Assembly: GCA_964188305.1 (NCBI GenBank)
Contig: OZ076888.1
Length of the DNA stretch: 64,000 nt
Source: Podarcis bocagei
Lineage: Eukaryota
Direction: 5' to 3' (one strand)
Shown here: one piece after another, positions 13,746 through 23,770 of the stretch
Position numbering within the stretch: the first letter of the stretch is position 1
How the letters are laid out: each line of letters starts with the position of its first letter
Program-made: the position numbers and the translations under genes
Notes under the pieces: model-generated
Seen by the model: only the letters and a program-made list of their open reading frames with translations
Database searches by the model: none
Told to the model about the DNA's origin: nothing

Positions 13746-13818
13746 ATTTTCGAGGTGGTGTTTGCTGAGACTTTTTGCAAGCAACATAGGAGGGACTGAC
13801 AGGCCCACTGGCAGCCAT
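12010..13818 (-). CDS. L2-clade ORF2 reverse transcriptase and C-terminal domain (endonuclease domain missing); first about 25 codons probably flank-derived
   Basis: Motifs NYRPVSNLPFLSK, QSGFR, LLDLSAAFDTIDH, GVPQGSVLSP, YADDTQLY, RLDYCNALY and HITPVLRDLHWLP, which are typical of L2. Confidence 0.9.
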   Translation of the reverse strand: MAASGPVSPSYVACKKSQQTPPRKSPPPGPGRDPKISCNAFAKFFADKVAQIQKEVDSTVGAGPGWESARVLSSPVTWDQFQSVTSEDVDRLLGQLKPTTCLLDPCPSWLIKASREGLGDGLCGVVNASLCEGAFPGPLKEAVIKPLLKKTSLDPANLANYRPVSNLPFLSKVIERVVARQLQARLEDADHLDPFQSGFRPHHGTETALVALVDDLRRARDKGESCFLVLLDLSAAFDTIDHNILLDRLEELGAGGTVIRWFRSFLLGRVQKVVVGDECSDPWALTCGVPQGSVLSPMLFNIYMKPLGEIIRGFGLGVHQYADDTQLYLSFKSEPVKAVKVLCGCLEAVGGWMAANRLRLNPDKTEVLFLGDRGRAGVGDSLVLNAVTVPLKEQVRSLGVILDSQLSMEAQVNSVSRAAVYQLHLVRRLRPYLPADCLARVVHALVISRLDYCNALYVGLPLKVTRKLQLIQNAAARLVTGSGRRDHITPVLRDLHWLPVRFRPQFKMLVLTFKALNGLGPVYLKERLHPHRSARTLRSSTEGLLAVPSLREVRLQGTRKRAFSVVAPALWNALPADVKAINNYFTFKRHLKAALFREVFNV

Positions 13819-13993
13819 GGGTACTGTGTTGGCAAGCCCTGAACTACTATTTTAAAAGGAATTTATTGGGATCTAAGGATCATAGGGTTGTAGCAGAATA
13901 GTTCTACCCTTGTTTTAAATATCCATCAAAAATCCAAGAATTCCAGGAGAGGAATCAATAATCTCAACCTAAAAATGCCACCACACAGAACTG

Positions 13994-14130
13994 CAGTCCT
14001 ATTTTTCTAGAAAAAGAGGTTCTGGGACTCACCATGAACACCTCCCTTGTTCTCTTATAATGGCAATGGCGCCCACCTGAGAGGTGCCGGAATTGAGTTC
14101 CAGCGAGTTCTGGCTGAAAAAAAGGCCCTG
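13994..14130. mobile_element. hAT-type MITE (TIR about CAGGGCTTTTTT)
   Basis: Inverted ends; 8-bp flanks CAGAACTG/CATATCTG (6/8); homologues at 43632-43761 and 56270-56383. Confidence 0.75.
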
Positions 14131-14591
14131 CATATCTGGCAAGTGAGAAATCAAGTGAAAGGTACATTGTCATACAATCAAGCTGGGTACAGAATGGGTT
14201 CTCTCTGCATTATTCAGAAACATGTCTGACCCTGGCTTTTTAGGGAGGCAATATACTGTCAAGTTCAAATTTCTGTAACTTTGATACTTTGAACAACTGT
14301 AATTGAAGTTCTAAATTTGCCTGCCATTTCGTTTCCCCCGATGGACATTTTTAAAGGGATGACTCCTGGGCAATTTTTGGCTTCCTAGTATTTCATCTCT
14401 TTTCTGTTTGAAGGATTATACCCTCCTTTTATTCTTTTCTGTGAGAATAATGCTTATAATGACGGACTCGGTGAATATAGAGATGGGAACATTCAGCTCT
14501 TCATTAAACGGAGAATCAAGGAGCATAGTCAATTGAGTCCTGAGTGGGCTAAGCAAAAGAACAGGAAGAAAGATTTCTGGAGTTCACGAAC

Positions 14592-14640
14592 ACTTGCTTG
14601 CTATGAGGCCATGAGGTCGAAACATAGTCTGAGCTCAAGT
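14592..14640 (+). ncRNA. degenerate type I hammerhead ribozyme motif (core G5 missing)
   Basis: GCTTG CT-ATGA GGCC ATGA GGTC GAAAC ATA GTC TGAGC: stems I, II and III can all pair, with a GUC cleavage triplet. Confidence 0.55.
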
Positions 14641-14865
14641 CAATAGAAGATTTAAGCATTGACTTGGTGGTTTCATTTTTAAATGTCTGAGGAATTTTAT
14701 TCCAATATAATGCAAAACTTGATTGTGGTGATAGCATGCATTACATTCCTATTTTTTATTTTATTTTTTGCTTCCTACTTTGATTGTGGTGCCTTTATGA
14801 TTTATGATAGTAGAAGTAATTGTAAACCAGCACAACTTTCAACCACACCAGAACTGTATTTAGAG

Positions 14866-15215
14866 CAGGGATGGTGGTGAAACGCATTCAATTACCATTT
14901 TAACATCAACTTGCCAAATTCACAATATGTGAGCAGAAACGCAGCTCTGCTTCAAGATGTGCATGTCCCCAAATTTTGTGATGAATTTCCCCAACAAAAT
15001 AATGTGTACGAACTTGAAGGCATTAGTCAGAAGTGCTTGCAAAATACATACGATAATGAAATTAATGTACCAAAAAACATTTTGTTAGGAAATGCATATA
15101 CTAGAAAAATTGCACATAATGAGAAGTGTCCAGATTTCACACAGAAACTGAGGGAAGTATCACAAATGCAGCATGAAAAACAGAGAAACCAAAATGACAA
15201 ATTCACCCCTCTCTA
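14866..15215 (+). mobile_element. old non-autonomous DNA transposon (TAGGGATG-type ends, hAT-like)
   Basis: Mutually similar to 19209-19601 (inverted), 53393-53810 and 3230-3318. Confidence 0.55.
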
Positions 15216-16341
15216 ATCCTAAGCACCAGGTAGATAACAGATTCATATATCCTTATATTTTCCCCAAATATTTTTAAAAGTCTGTGAATTTCATCCACTT
15301 CTGTCAAAACTATATTGCTGTTTTCAGTTCCCCAGGATAGTGGATGGGGATAAAGAAAGCTCTTTTCTCCTCGATGCAGATTTGGATTTCGACCATGACC
15401 TGAACTGAACAGCCTCCACATTGCTTTGAACCAAAGCAGGCAGCTTTCCAATGCACCCAGTCAGGATGTGAACTGCATCTTGTGGGTGGTGCATGCCCCT
15501 ATTTTGTATGTTAGTACCAGCCAGATTAACATGTGGAAAAAAAACTGGAACGCAAGTTTGAAACAACAAAACAAGAAAATGGCTTAGAAAATAAGGTATT
15601 TATTTATCTGAGTTAAACTAGCAGCTTATCAAAATTATTCTGTACAGTATCAGTTAGAAACTGAGATTTGGAGGGCTGTTGCCAATTACGTTTCAACAAC
15701 TGCGGAAAGTATTATCCTTTGTCCACTGTTGTTTGTGTTTACCACTATGTCAGCACTCATTCTTAGCACTGAACAATTAAATAACTCCACTGGGCAAGTC
15801 CAAGGCTGCTTTGTATTCTGTTCTGTGTCTATTGTTCCTGGCTAGCATGAAATAGTATATTATTATTGATTATAGACCAAACAATGTTACATTGTTTCTT
15901 AGGAGTGAACTGTACTTTGTCAATAATCTAAATGTTCAGCCACCTCCTATCTCATGTTGCTCCTGCTGGAACATATACAGAACCAATCAGTCTAATTTGT
16001 CTTGACTGATGCTCCACCATTAAATTATGTACGTCTTGGGGGAATGCTTCAGTAGCTGTCTCACTGAAATGAAATTAGGTGAAGGTTTATCATCTGAGCA
16101 TGATGAACAGGCTAAGGGGGAAAGAGCGCTTTCTCATGTCAATCGTCTCAAAAGGTTAGCATCTTAGAGGGAAATTATAGACTTGGAAGAGGTACACCAG
16201 AATAAAAAAAAAAGTGAAGGCAAAAATTCACTCCACAATTAGAACTGCCTATTTAATTTTAGGGAACAGCTGATCAGACAGGTATGATTCTATAAGCAAG
16301 GATGCCACAAAAAGGGGGAGGTCAGATACAAGTTCCTTGGG

Positions 16342-16550
16342 CAAAAAAAAAAAAAATTCTTCCAGTAGCACCTTAAAGACCAACTAAGTTAGTTCTTGGT
16401 ATGAGCTTTCGTGTGCATGCACACTTCTTCAGATAAATGCACACGAAAGCTCATACCAAGAACTAACTTAGTTGGTCTTTAAGGTGCTACTGGAAGAAAT
16501 TTTTTTTTTTTTTTTTTGACTATGGCAGACCAACACGGCTACCTATCTAC
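16342..16550. mobile_element. Penelope-like element (PLE) remnant: inverted partial pLTR pair
   Basis: Perfect 62-bp inverted arms 16357-16418 and 16437-16498 plus A/T runs; 15-bp TSD TACAAGTTCCTTGGG at 16327-16341 and 16551-16565; sequence resembles reptile Penelope pLTRs. Confidence 0.85.
16399..16435 (-). ncRNA. minimal type I hammerhead ribozyme motif of PLE type
   Basis: Minus strand UAU CUGAAGA A GUGUG CAUG CACAC GAAA GC UC|AUAC: full core, 5-bp stem II, palindromic AGCU in place of stem III, 3-bp stem I. Confidence 0.75.
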
Positions 16551-16838
16551 TACAAGTTCCTTGGGTTGTACGATTTCAGCCTGCAGGTGAGGGGGTTGGA
16601 TATTTGAATGCTCTTCTACTAGGAAGGTTCTCACTATAAAAAATTGTGGGATATCAAGTTGGGGCGTTTGAATGAATTTTTTTTCTTTGAATTGCTAGCT
16701 TTTACATGCAGGAAGTTCATTAGATAAACCATTCAAACTCCCTGCAGATTGAGGAGATGGCGTCTTAGACAGCTTTACTACCTTATTCTACATAAGCTGG
16801 TCCTTAATGAAGCACATGCGACACGTTTTTGCAATATT

Positions 16839-17181
16839 GCTGTGCGTTAAACCACAGAGCCTAGGGCTTGCCAATCAGAAGGTCTGTGGTTCGAATCCCC
16901 ACGATGGGGTGAGCTCCCGTTGCTCGGTCCCTGCTCCTGCCAACCCAGCAGTCTGAAAGCACGCCAAAAGTGCAAGTAGATAAAAAGGTACCACTCCAGC
17001 GGAAAGGTAAACGGCGTTTCCATGCACTGCTCTGGTTCGCCAGAAGCGGCTTGGTCATGCTGGCCACATGACCCAGAAGCTGTACGCCAGCTCCCTCGGC
17101 CAGTAAGGCGAGATGAGCTCCGCAACCCCAGAGTCGTCCGCGACTGGACCTAATGGTCAGGGGTCCCTTTACCCTTTACCT
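16839..17181 (+). mobile_element. Sauria SINE, slightly 5'-truncated
   Basis: GCTGTGCGTTAAACCACAGAGCCTAGGGCTTGCC...GGTTCGAATCC...GGGGTCCCTTTACCCTTTACC. Confidence 0.95.
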
Positions 17182-19208
17182 AAGTCTAAAATGTGCTATA
17201 CTGGTTGTGCATCACCTCCAAATTGAATATTGTCAAGGGAGGTGGGGCTTGAATCATATCCCTCTCATGCTTAGTTAAGTAGTGTGAATCTACCAAGATA
17301 CCAACCAGGAGGAATAACATTTCTAGAGACTTTTGAAATGACATTTCTATTATTTTCCAGATCTACAATGCTGGCTCATCATGCCAAAATGTAACCATTA
17401 AAACATCAAAACTGGAAAGTACTTTTCCAATCAACGAATTAATGGTTTCCTGAAGGCTACTTGTGCCAGAGTATAGCTTAATCTCTCTCTATCTAGAAAC
17501 TAATAATCCTCCACAAGATAAACCAACTTTTTTCTTCTCTTTCAGTGAGCTTATGCTCTGCTAAATTCTACAGGTTAATACAAGATTTACACACATAAAA
17601 GGCAGATCTCAACAGCATGACTAAGAAACCTAGCTTAAAATGCAACTGTGTTGATAGTTTGGTTTTAAATGAATGGGGTCAGGTGATGGGACAAGAGCAC
17701 AGAGCAAAATTAGCTACTCACAGGTGTGCCAAGAGCATTCCCATATAGCTGAGTGGTTTCTACCCATTCATATGGACAAAATTTAAGCTTTGCATTTGGC
17801 AACAAAGCTTTGTAATGGCACCTGGGAGCCTATGGATAATAAGCTTTACAAATACTACCCACTATAATAATGAGCATTGTTGCAGTCCAACATGACCAAG
17901 TATTGGTGGGCAGTGGTCTCCAAGCCGGCTGCTGTCTCTGAAAATTCAGTGTCAGTCGCACACAAACACCCCCAATCATCTCAGCCATGTTGTCTTAGCT
18001 AAAGGAAGGAATTGAGTGGGGGAAATGATCCAACCGGGACTTGAAGCTTCTGTTTACTTTCCTCACAATAGCTTTAGATTTAACACCAGCTTCAAACCTA
18101 CTTCTGTAAGAAAAGCGTTCAGGGAAAGAATAGAAAACACTTGCCAACATTCCTCAACCATTTAATCTCACTCACGTTCTTGCTTAGATCTCCACTTTCT
18201 TTTAATGGCTCTCATCATCTCTTTCTTTCTGCAAAATTATATCTGTTGCTGTTTCAAAGCCATTTAGACATGTAAGGAAATATTCAAGCTTTATTTGGCT
18301 CCTGGAATATTCCAAAACAGAAATGTATCTAAGGCAAAACATTTTATGCCTTTTGGAGCTTTGCTCACTCATTACATATAAAGATTTGATTACTGATTCC
18401 CTCTGATTTAGGAAAGAATATATATTCATAGATCCATCATCATAATCTAATCTTTTTATGTTTACATAGCCTGATTTATACTTTAAAGCCTTCTAAGTGA
18501 TGCTTTTTAATTACTATATCATAATATATTGCATTTATTTAAATGCTGAAAAAATTAAATGTTTTCAAATGAAGCTCTTGGCAAACCCCTTTTTCAGACA
18601 TTAATGATGAAGGCAGACCATAAAGCAGTGATCTTCCTTTATTGAACAGTGAATAGAAAAACAGTTATTGAAACAATCAAAGGCAATGCAGAAAAAAATG
18701 CATTTTGACCTCTTCAGATCCATTTATAGCTAACTTAACCTCTACAAACCTATCCAATTCAGGTAATGAGTTGGACTGACTAATTTTAGTAGTCGCAAGC
18801 TGGTTCCTGCTCACTAATTTCACTAAGCTAAGCAAACCCACTAGAGTAAAGATAGCTCTCCATTCCCCTCCTCAAAAAGACAAGCATGCTTGGAACCAGT
18901 ACAAAGGTGCCATTCATTCCTTCTCCCTCTCTGTGGGTCATTCTCTATAATAGTACTGATTAGAATTTATTTTCACCAGAGCAAGCTAAATCAATGTGAA
19001 TTCTAGTCCCTTCACCATGCCAAAGAGACGTTCAGGATAGGAGTGGGCAAAAAACACTAGGACATTGGTCTTCGTTCTGGATTAGGCCCCAGACTAACTT
19101 CATCACAAATAATAGTGAACACTCTGGAAAACTTACTTTCTGCAAAGCTTAGCAAGATCTGAAAGATGCACACATCACATCCACACTGGCCAGGCTCCCT
19201 CTGCCAGC

Positions 19209-19601
19209 TAGGGGTAAAAGGGTCTGTTAATTCACTTCTCTCAGTTTCACACACTTCCAATTTTAAATTCAGTTTTCCACATTTCTGCAACAATTTGTAA
19301 TTTTGAAAAAATCCTGGTGAAAATTCATTGCATTTCAGTGCAAATGTCTCCAAATAAACACATTTTTGTTGCAATTTCCCCTAAAATAATGCTTTTCCCC
19401 ATGTTGTTTTCGTGAATATGTGCATTTGATGCACATTTTCCCCCAATGTAAACATTACTTGGTTGGAAAACTTTGCGAAAGTCAGGCAAGTGTGCATTTT
19501 GAAGGGTAGCTGTGTTTTGGTTCACATACTGTTTCGGAAAATTTGAACTGGATAGATTTTCCTTTAAAAGCATACTGAGTTGACTTTCTCCCCCATCCGT
19601 A
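19209..19601 (-). mobile_element. old non-autonomous DNA transposon (same family as 14866-15215)
   Basis: Reverse-complement similarity to 14866-15215 and 53393-53810; degenerate TAGGGATG-type ends. Confidence 0.55.
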
Positions 19602-19605
19602 ATGC

Positions 19606-19737
19606 CAGGCATGGCCAAACTTGGCCTTCCAGATGTTTGGGGACTACAACTCCCATCGTCCCTAGCTAACTGGACCAGTGGTCAAGGATGATGGGAACTG
19701 TAGTCCCAAAACATCTGGAGGGCCAAGTTGCCAACTG
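19606..19737. mobile_element. palindromic hAT-type MITE (GGACTACAACTCCCATC family)
   Basis: CAGGCATGGCCAAACTTGGCC...CCAGATGTTTGGGGACTACAACTCCCATC and the inverted GATGGGAACTGTAGTCCCAAAACATCTGG. Many relatives in the window (about 3350, 36282, 45060, 46510, 57380). Confidence 0.8.
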
Positions 19738-19944
19738 GATATCAAGATGGAAGCATTGGCTACTGCTATCAGTAGGTCTTTTAACAGTTAAGACAGTTGC
19801 CAGACTAGGATATGAGGTCTGGATCAGAAAATCAATATGGGAGAAGATGCTACACATGCCACATAATAGCCACATTTCTGGAAGAGAACTAAGAAGTAGG
19901 TGTTGATGACAGGAAAACCTACAGATAACTGGTAATTGTAATGT

Positions 19945-19999
19945 TCTTGGCAAATGTCTACTTACTTCTGAGTCAGAAGTAAGTAGACATTTGCCAAGA
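19945..19999. repeat. perfect palindrome, 27-bp arms and 1-nt spacer
   Basis: TCTTGGCAAATGTCTACTTACTTCTGA G TCAGAAGTAAGTAGACATTTGCCAAGA. Confidence 0.95.
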
Positions 20000-21335
20000 G
20001 AGTTTAGTAGATACCACTGACTTTGCTTTGAGATCTTTTTCTTGACACTGGACTCCGATCACATTGCATGCATAGTCTACATATATGGAGCCACCCATGC
20101 CCTGGTGTGGCTTTTCCTCACAGAGAGCAGCATTACTTATCAACACCCCATACTGGCTATGGCAAACAGTGCCAGCATCCAGAGTCTAAAATAAATGCAT
20201 TTTAAAAAATGCAATACACACAACACAGTTACATAACCTATAAAACTAATTTAAAGCCAACAACTCTCTTAAGCATTTCTACAGGAAATTAGCCCTTTAT
20301 AACTTTCTACAGTGTTCTTACAGTAAAACACAGCCTGCATACTGAGTCAAAAATAGTACCTTTCATTGAATACATCCATCAAAACACATCTGTACATGGA
20401 TTTTTAGAGAGCACTTTAATTTGTTCAAATGTTGAATGGAATAAAAGGGGATATGGAGGCAAACATTTAAAGAGATTTTCTGTGTTTTCCTTCCTGACAT
20501 TCAGCTTGGATTTTTTACACCATGGGGAAATGCTTAATCAAGTACATGTATATTTGAAATACAGGATCCTTGCATGAAAAAAACAACCTGGGCAATATTT
20601 TTAAGTGTCAAAAGTTATAGATGTTGTCCCCAAATTGCCCCGTATTTATTTATTTTTAAAAAGCTGGAGTTATATAGCATTAAACTTTTTTCTTGGCCCA
20701 TACCTTTGAGATGGGGAAACTTCCATGAACTGCATCGCATCTGAATGTTGCTAATACAAAATGAGTATGGAGTGGAAAGGAATTTTTATACCAAATGTTC
20801 CCTGTGCCATGTGGCTCATTTCCTTTTCAGATGATAGAAACTCAAATAACGATTTTTGGAGGAGTTTGGTATAATTTTTGGAAAGGAACACCAACCAAGA
20901 GTCAATAATTCTTTTGTTGTGTTCTTCAGATGGCATTTTTACTTATTCATACAACTGAGCTATGTAGAAATTGTTGGTATGTGATTGTGTCTTTCCTTAC
21001 TATCCTTACTATCAGCTGCTATGGGGCTCAAACCAAGAACTGTGTGGATTCTTGTTTCTTGAGCCACCAGGACTGCTAGTCAGAGGAGGGAATGACCAAC
21101 TGTTATTCCTGGGGCCTTCACATTGTGGGAGGGGCCCCAAGGGCCCCTAAAAATGATAGACTGTCGCTTTAAGAAAATGCTAAGAAACTGCAAAAGCTCT
21201 GAAACTGCCAAGAAAGCTTTTGTTATACAAGTGCCCTTTGCCATGGGAAGAGAAGCTGCTAACATCTTTATTGCAGAACATACACAGCTATTACACGTAG
21301 GTTCAACAAACGCACAACAGATTTTGCTATAAAAA

Positions 21336-22354
21336 TGTAACACAATGTTTCTACACTGAGGCCATATAGATGACAGCAAAACAGCCGATGCTTATGCTAA
21401 GTTTGCGCTGAAGGACACAAGAATGTGAAATAAAGGTCAGGGGCATGCCTTGGAACGTGCAAAGAGAAGATAAGGAAAATGGCCTGGGCGGAAGCATGTA
21501 CGGGCGGTGCCTGCCGTAAACAGATTATATAAAACTTGCTATGCAAGCTAGGCAAGTGCGCATGTTCAGAGAGGGTGGTGTCAGGGACCAATGAAGAAGG
21601 GCTAACAGGGCACTGCACCAGTAGTAGATAGGTAGCCATGTTGGTCTGCCATAGTCAAAATAAAAAAATTCCTTCTAGTAGCACCTTAAAGACCAACTAA
21701 GTTAGTTCTTGGTATGAGCTTTCGTGTGCATGCACACTTCTTCATGCACACGAAAGCTCATACCAAGAACTAACTTAGTTGGTCTTTAAGTGCTACTAGA
21801 AGGATTTTTTTTATTTAGGGCACTGCACGAGCCAGATAAGAGAATGAGTTGAATTGTGTAGTATGGTTGGATAAGGAAAGGGATGACGATGTATGGGGTG
21901 ATGAGGAGGGTATAAAAATTGCTTGCCAACATGCTGTAAGGCCTGCCAGCCTTTGGAAGCAATTCCGCTGGCCGCCTCTGCGCAGAGCTGAATAAACTCT
22001 TTCTCTGTGAAACCTCACCCTGGTGTCCATTGACTCCTCTATCATCTCACCCTGGGGCAACACTCAGAAGGGGAAAAGGCTACAGCGCAAGCGCACTGAT
22101 TTGAAATGTTTCCAATAACTGAATGAGGTAATGAGAAATACTTCTATGCATATGATTGGAGAAAATTGAAATACTTTGTGTAAAAACTTATCAATAACAC
22201 CCCCCAGACCGCTGAATCGTGGTTGCAGTTTTTGCGGAGTAATCCAACCTATTGCTTGGAAAGTAATAAATGGCTGGACTTTATCTCCTCCCAGCTCCTG
22301 AGTTTTATTGGCCACAGACCTAGGAGTTTTTATAGCCTTTGGGGGCTTGCAACA
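21336..22354 (+). mobile_element. ERV-like LTR sequence(s), probably one or two solo LTRs; boundaries uncertain
   Basis: CCAAT at 21588, TATAAAA at 21911, AATAAA at 21991 followed by a U5-like tract; second AATAAA at 22265 and end TGCAACA at 22354. Interrupted by the PLE at 21622-21816. Confidence 0.45.
21622..21816. mobile_element. second Penelope-like inverted pLTR remnant
   Basis: Near-identical to 16342-16550 in the opposite overall orientation; arms about 21670-21732 and 21743-21804; TSD AGGGCACTGCAC(C/G)AG at 21607-21621 and 21817-21831. Confidence 0.85.
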
Positions 22355-23770
22355 ACACCACAGCTCATCCTCTTGGTCACCACCCCAGGACTCACTTGCT
22401 GTTTCCTCCATTTTAAGAAAACTGCCATCGAGGAATACCACCAGATCAGATCCTCTTTGATGCCACCATAAAACCTCATTTCTATCTTCCTGCTTGTCAC
22501 TTGCCCTAGGTACTTGCCCAGTCTCAGGCCTGAGTGCCCAACACTTATCAGTGTTCTTTCAGAGAGGAAATAAAGGTCTCAATTTCAGCACAGTTTTTCT
22601 ACACTTCCTCCCTCAGCTCTGCCCTCTGGCAGTTGGTTGCCCAGGCAACACCGCTATTCCCTGAGGATCAGCATTCCACAGTGCTCTGCTGCCATGCAAA
22701 AGGAGGGCTTGCAAAGTGACACCCCCATCTCCTGTATTGGCTTATTTAGATGGGCAGTTTGCCTGAAGAAAATTGAAGCTCAAGGGAAAGTGCAATTGTC
22801 TCATTTTTTAGAGCTTGAAAGTAGATTGATTGTGAATGCTGATGTTGAGCCAGTAGAATAAAGAATTTGTATAATTTGGCTCTACTGGAGCTAGAATAAA
22901 ATATTGAGGCTGATGGGCAGTTAATGTTGGGAGCTTCTCCTCCTCGTCGTCTCCTCACCCTCACATAACGTTTCATAAGGCAAATAGCAGGCAATGAAGC
23001 ATAATGGGGATGGCAAAACATAACACACAGTGATCTCACTTCTCACATTTTGTTTAACTGAATGTTATGGGGAGTGAGGAAGAGGAAATGTCAAGCCACA
23101 GCTTTTGGCAGAGACCACACGTTGGCCATTCAATCCATTGAAAAAGGACTGTCAAGTGGATATCCTTACATTTGCTCATTCAACACTACCATGGGCACAG
23201 ATTCTTGCTGTGGATTATTTTCACCTTAGTTTTCTTAAACAACAATAACAACTAACTTGCACACTTTATACATAAATAGATAAGTAAATTAATTTGCAAT
23301 ATATGTTATTTACATATTCATTGATGTATAATTGCCACTGTGTTGAAGTTGGCCATTGCTTGACTATATGCACAATGGCTGAGAAGTCAATCTCACAGAA
23401 TTCAGTGGGGCTCGCTTCCCATTGTGAATTTCAAAAAGCAATAGAATGCATTGTGTGCATTATTGTTGTTTTCACATGGAGAAATCATTCTTTTCGCATG
23501 GAGATTACCTTGAATGTTATGTTTCAGCTGACACGCACATTGCCATTTTCTGAATAAAATACAAGTTTATTAAATAAATTGTTGAAATGGGGGCGGGACT
23601 TATTTGCAGTTCAGTGGCAGGAGTAATTCATGTAATCCAAGATACAAAATGCAAAATATCAGCAGGGTGCTAAACAATCTCTCCCTGACGCCTGAGTGAG
23701 GGAAATGAAACGTTATGTCAAGTTAATATTGAACTCTGAAGTCAAGCTTATTGAGATAGGCTGCAGCCCT

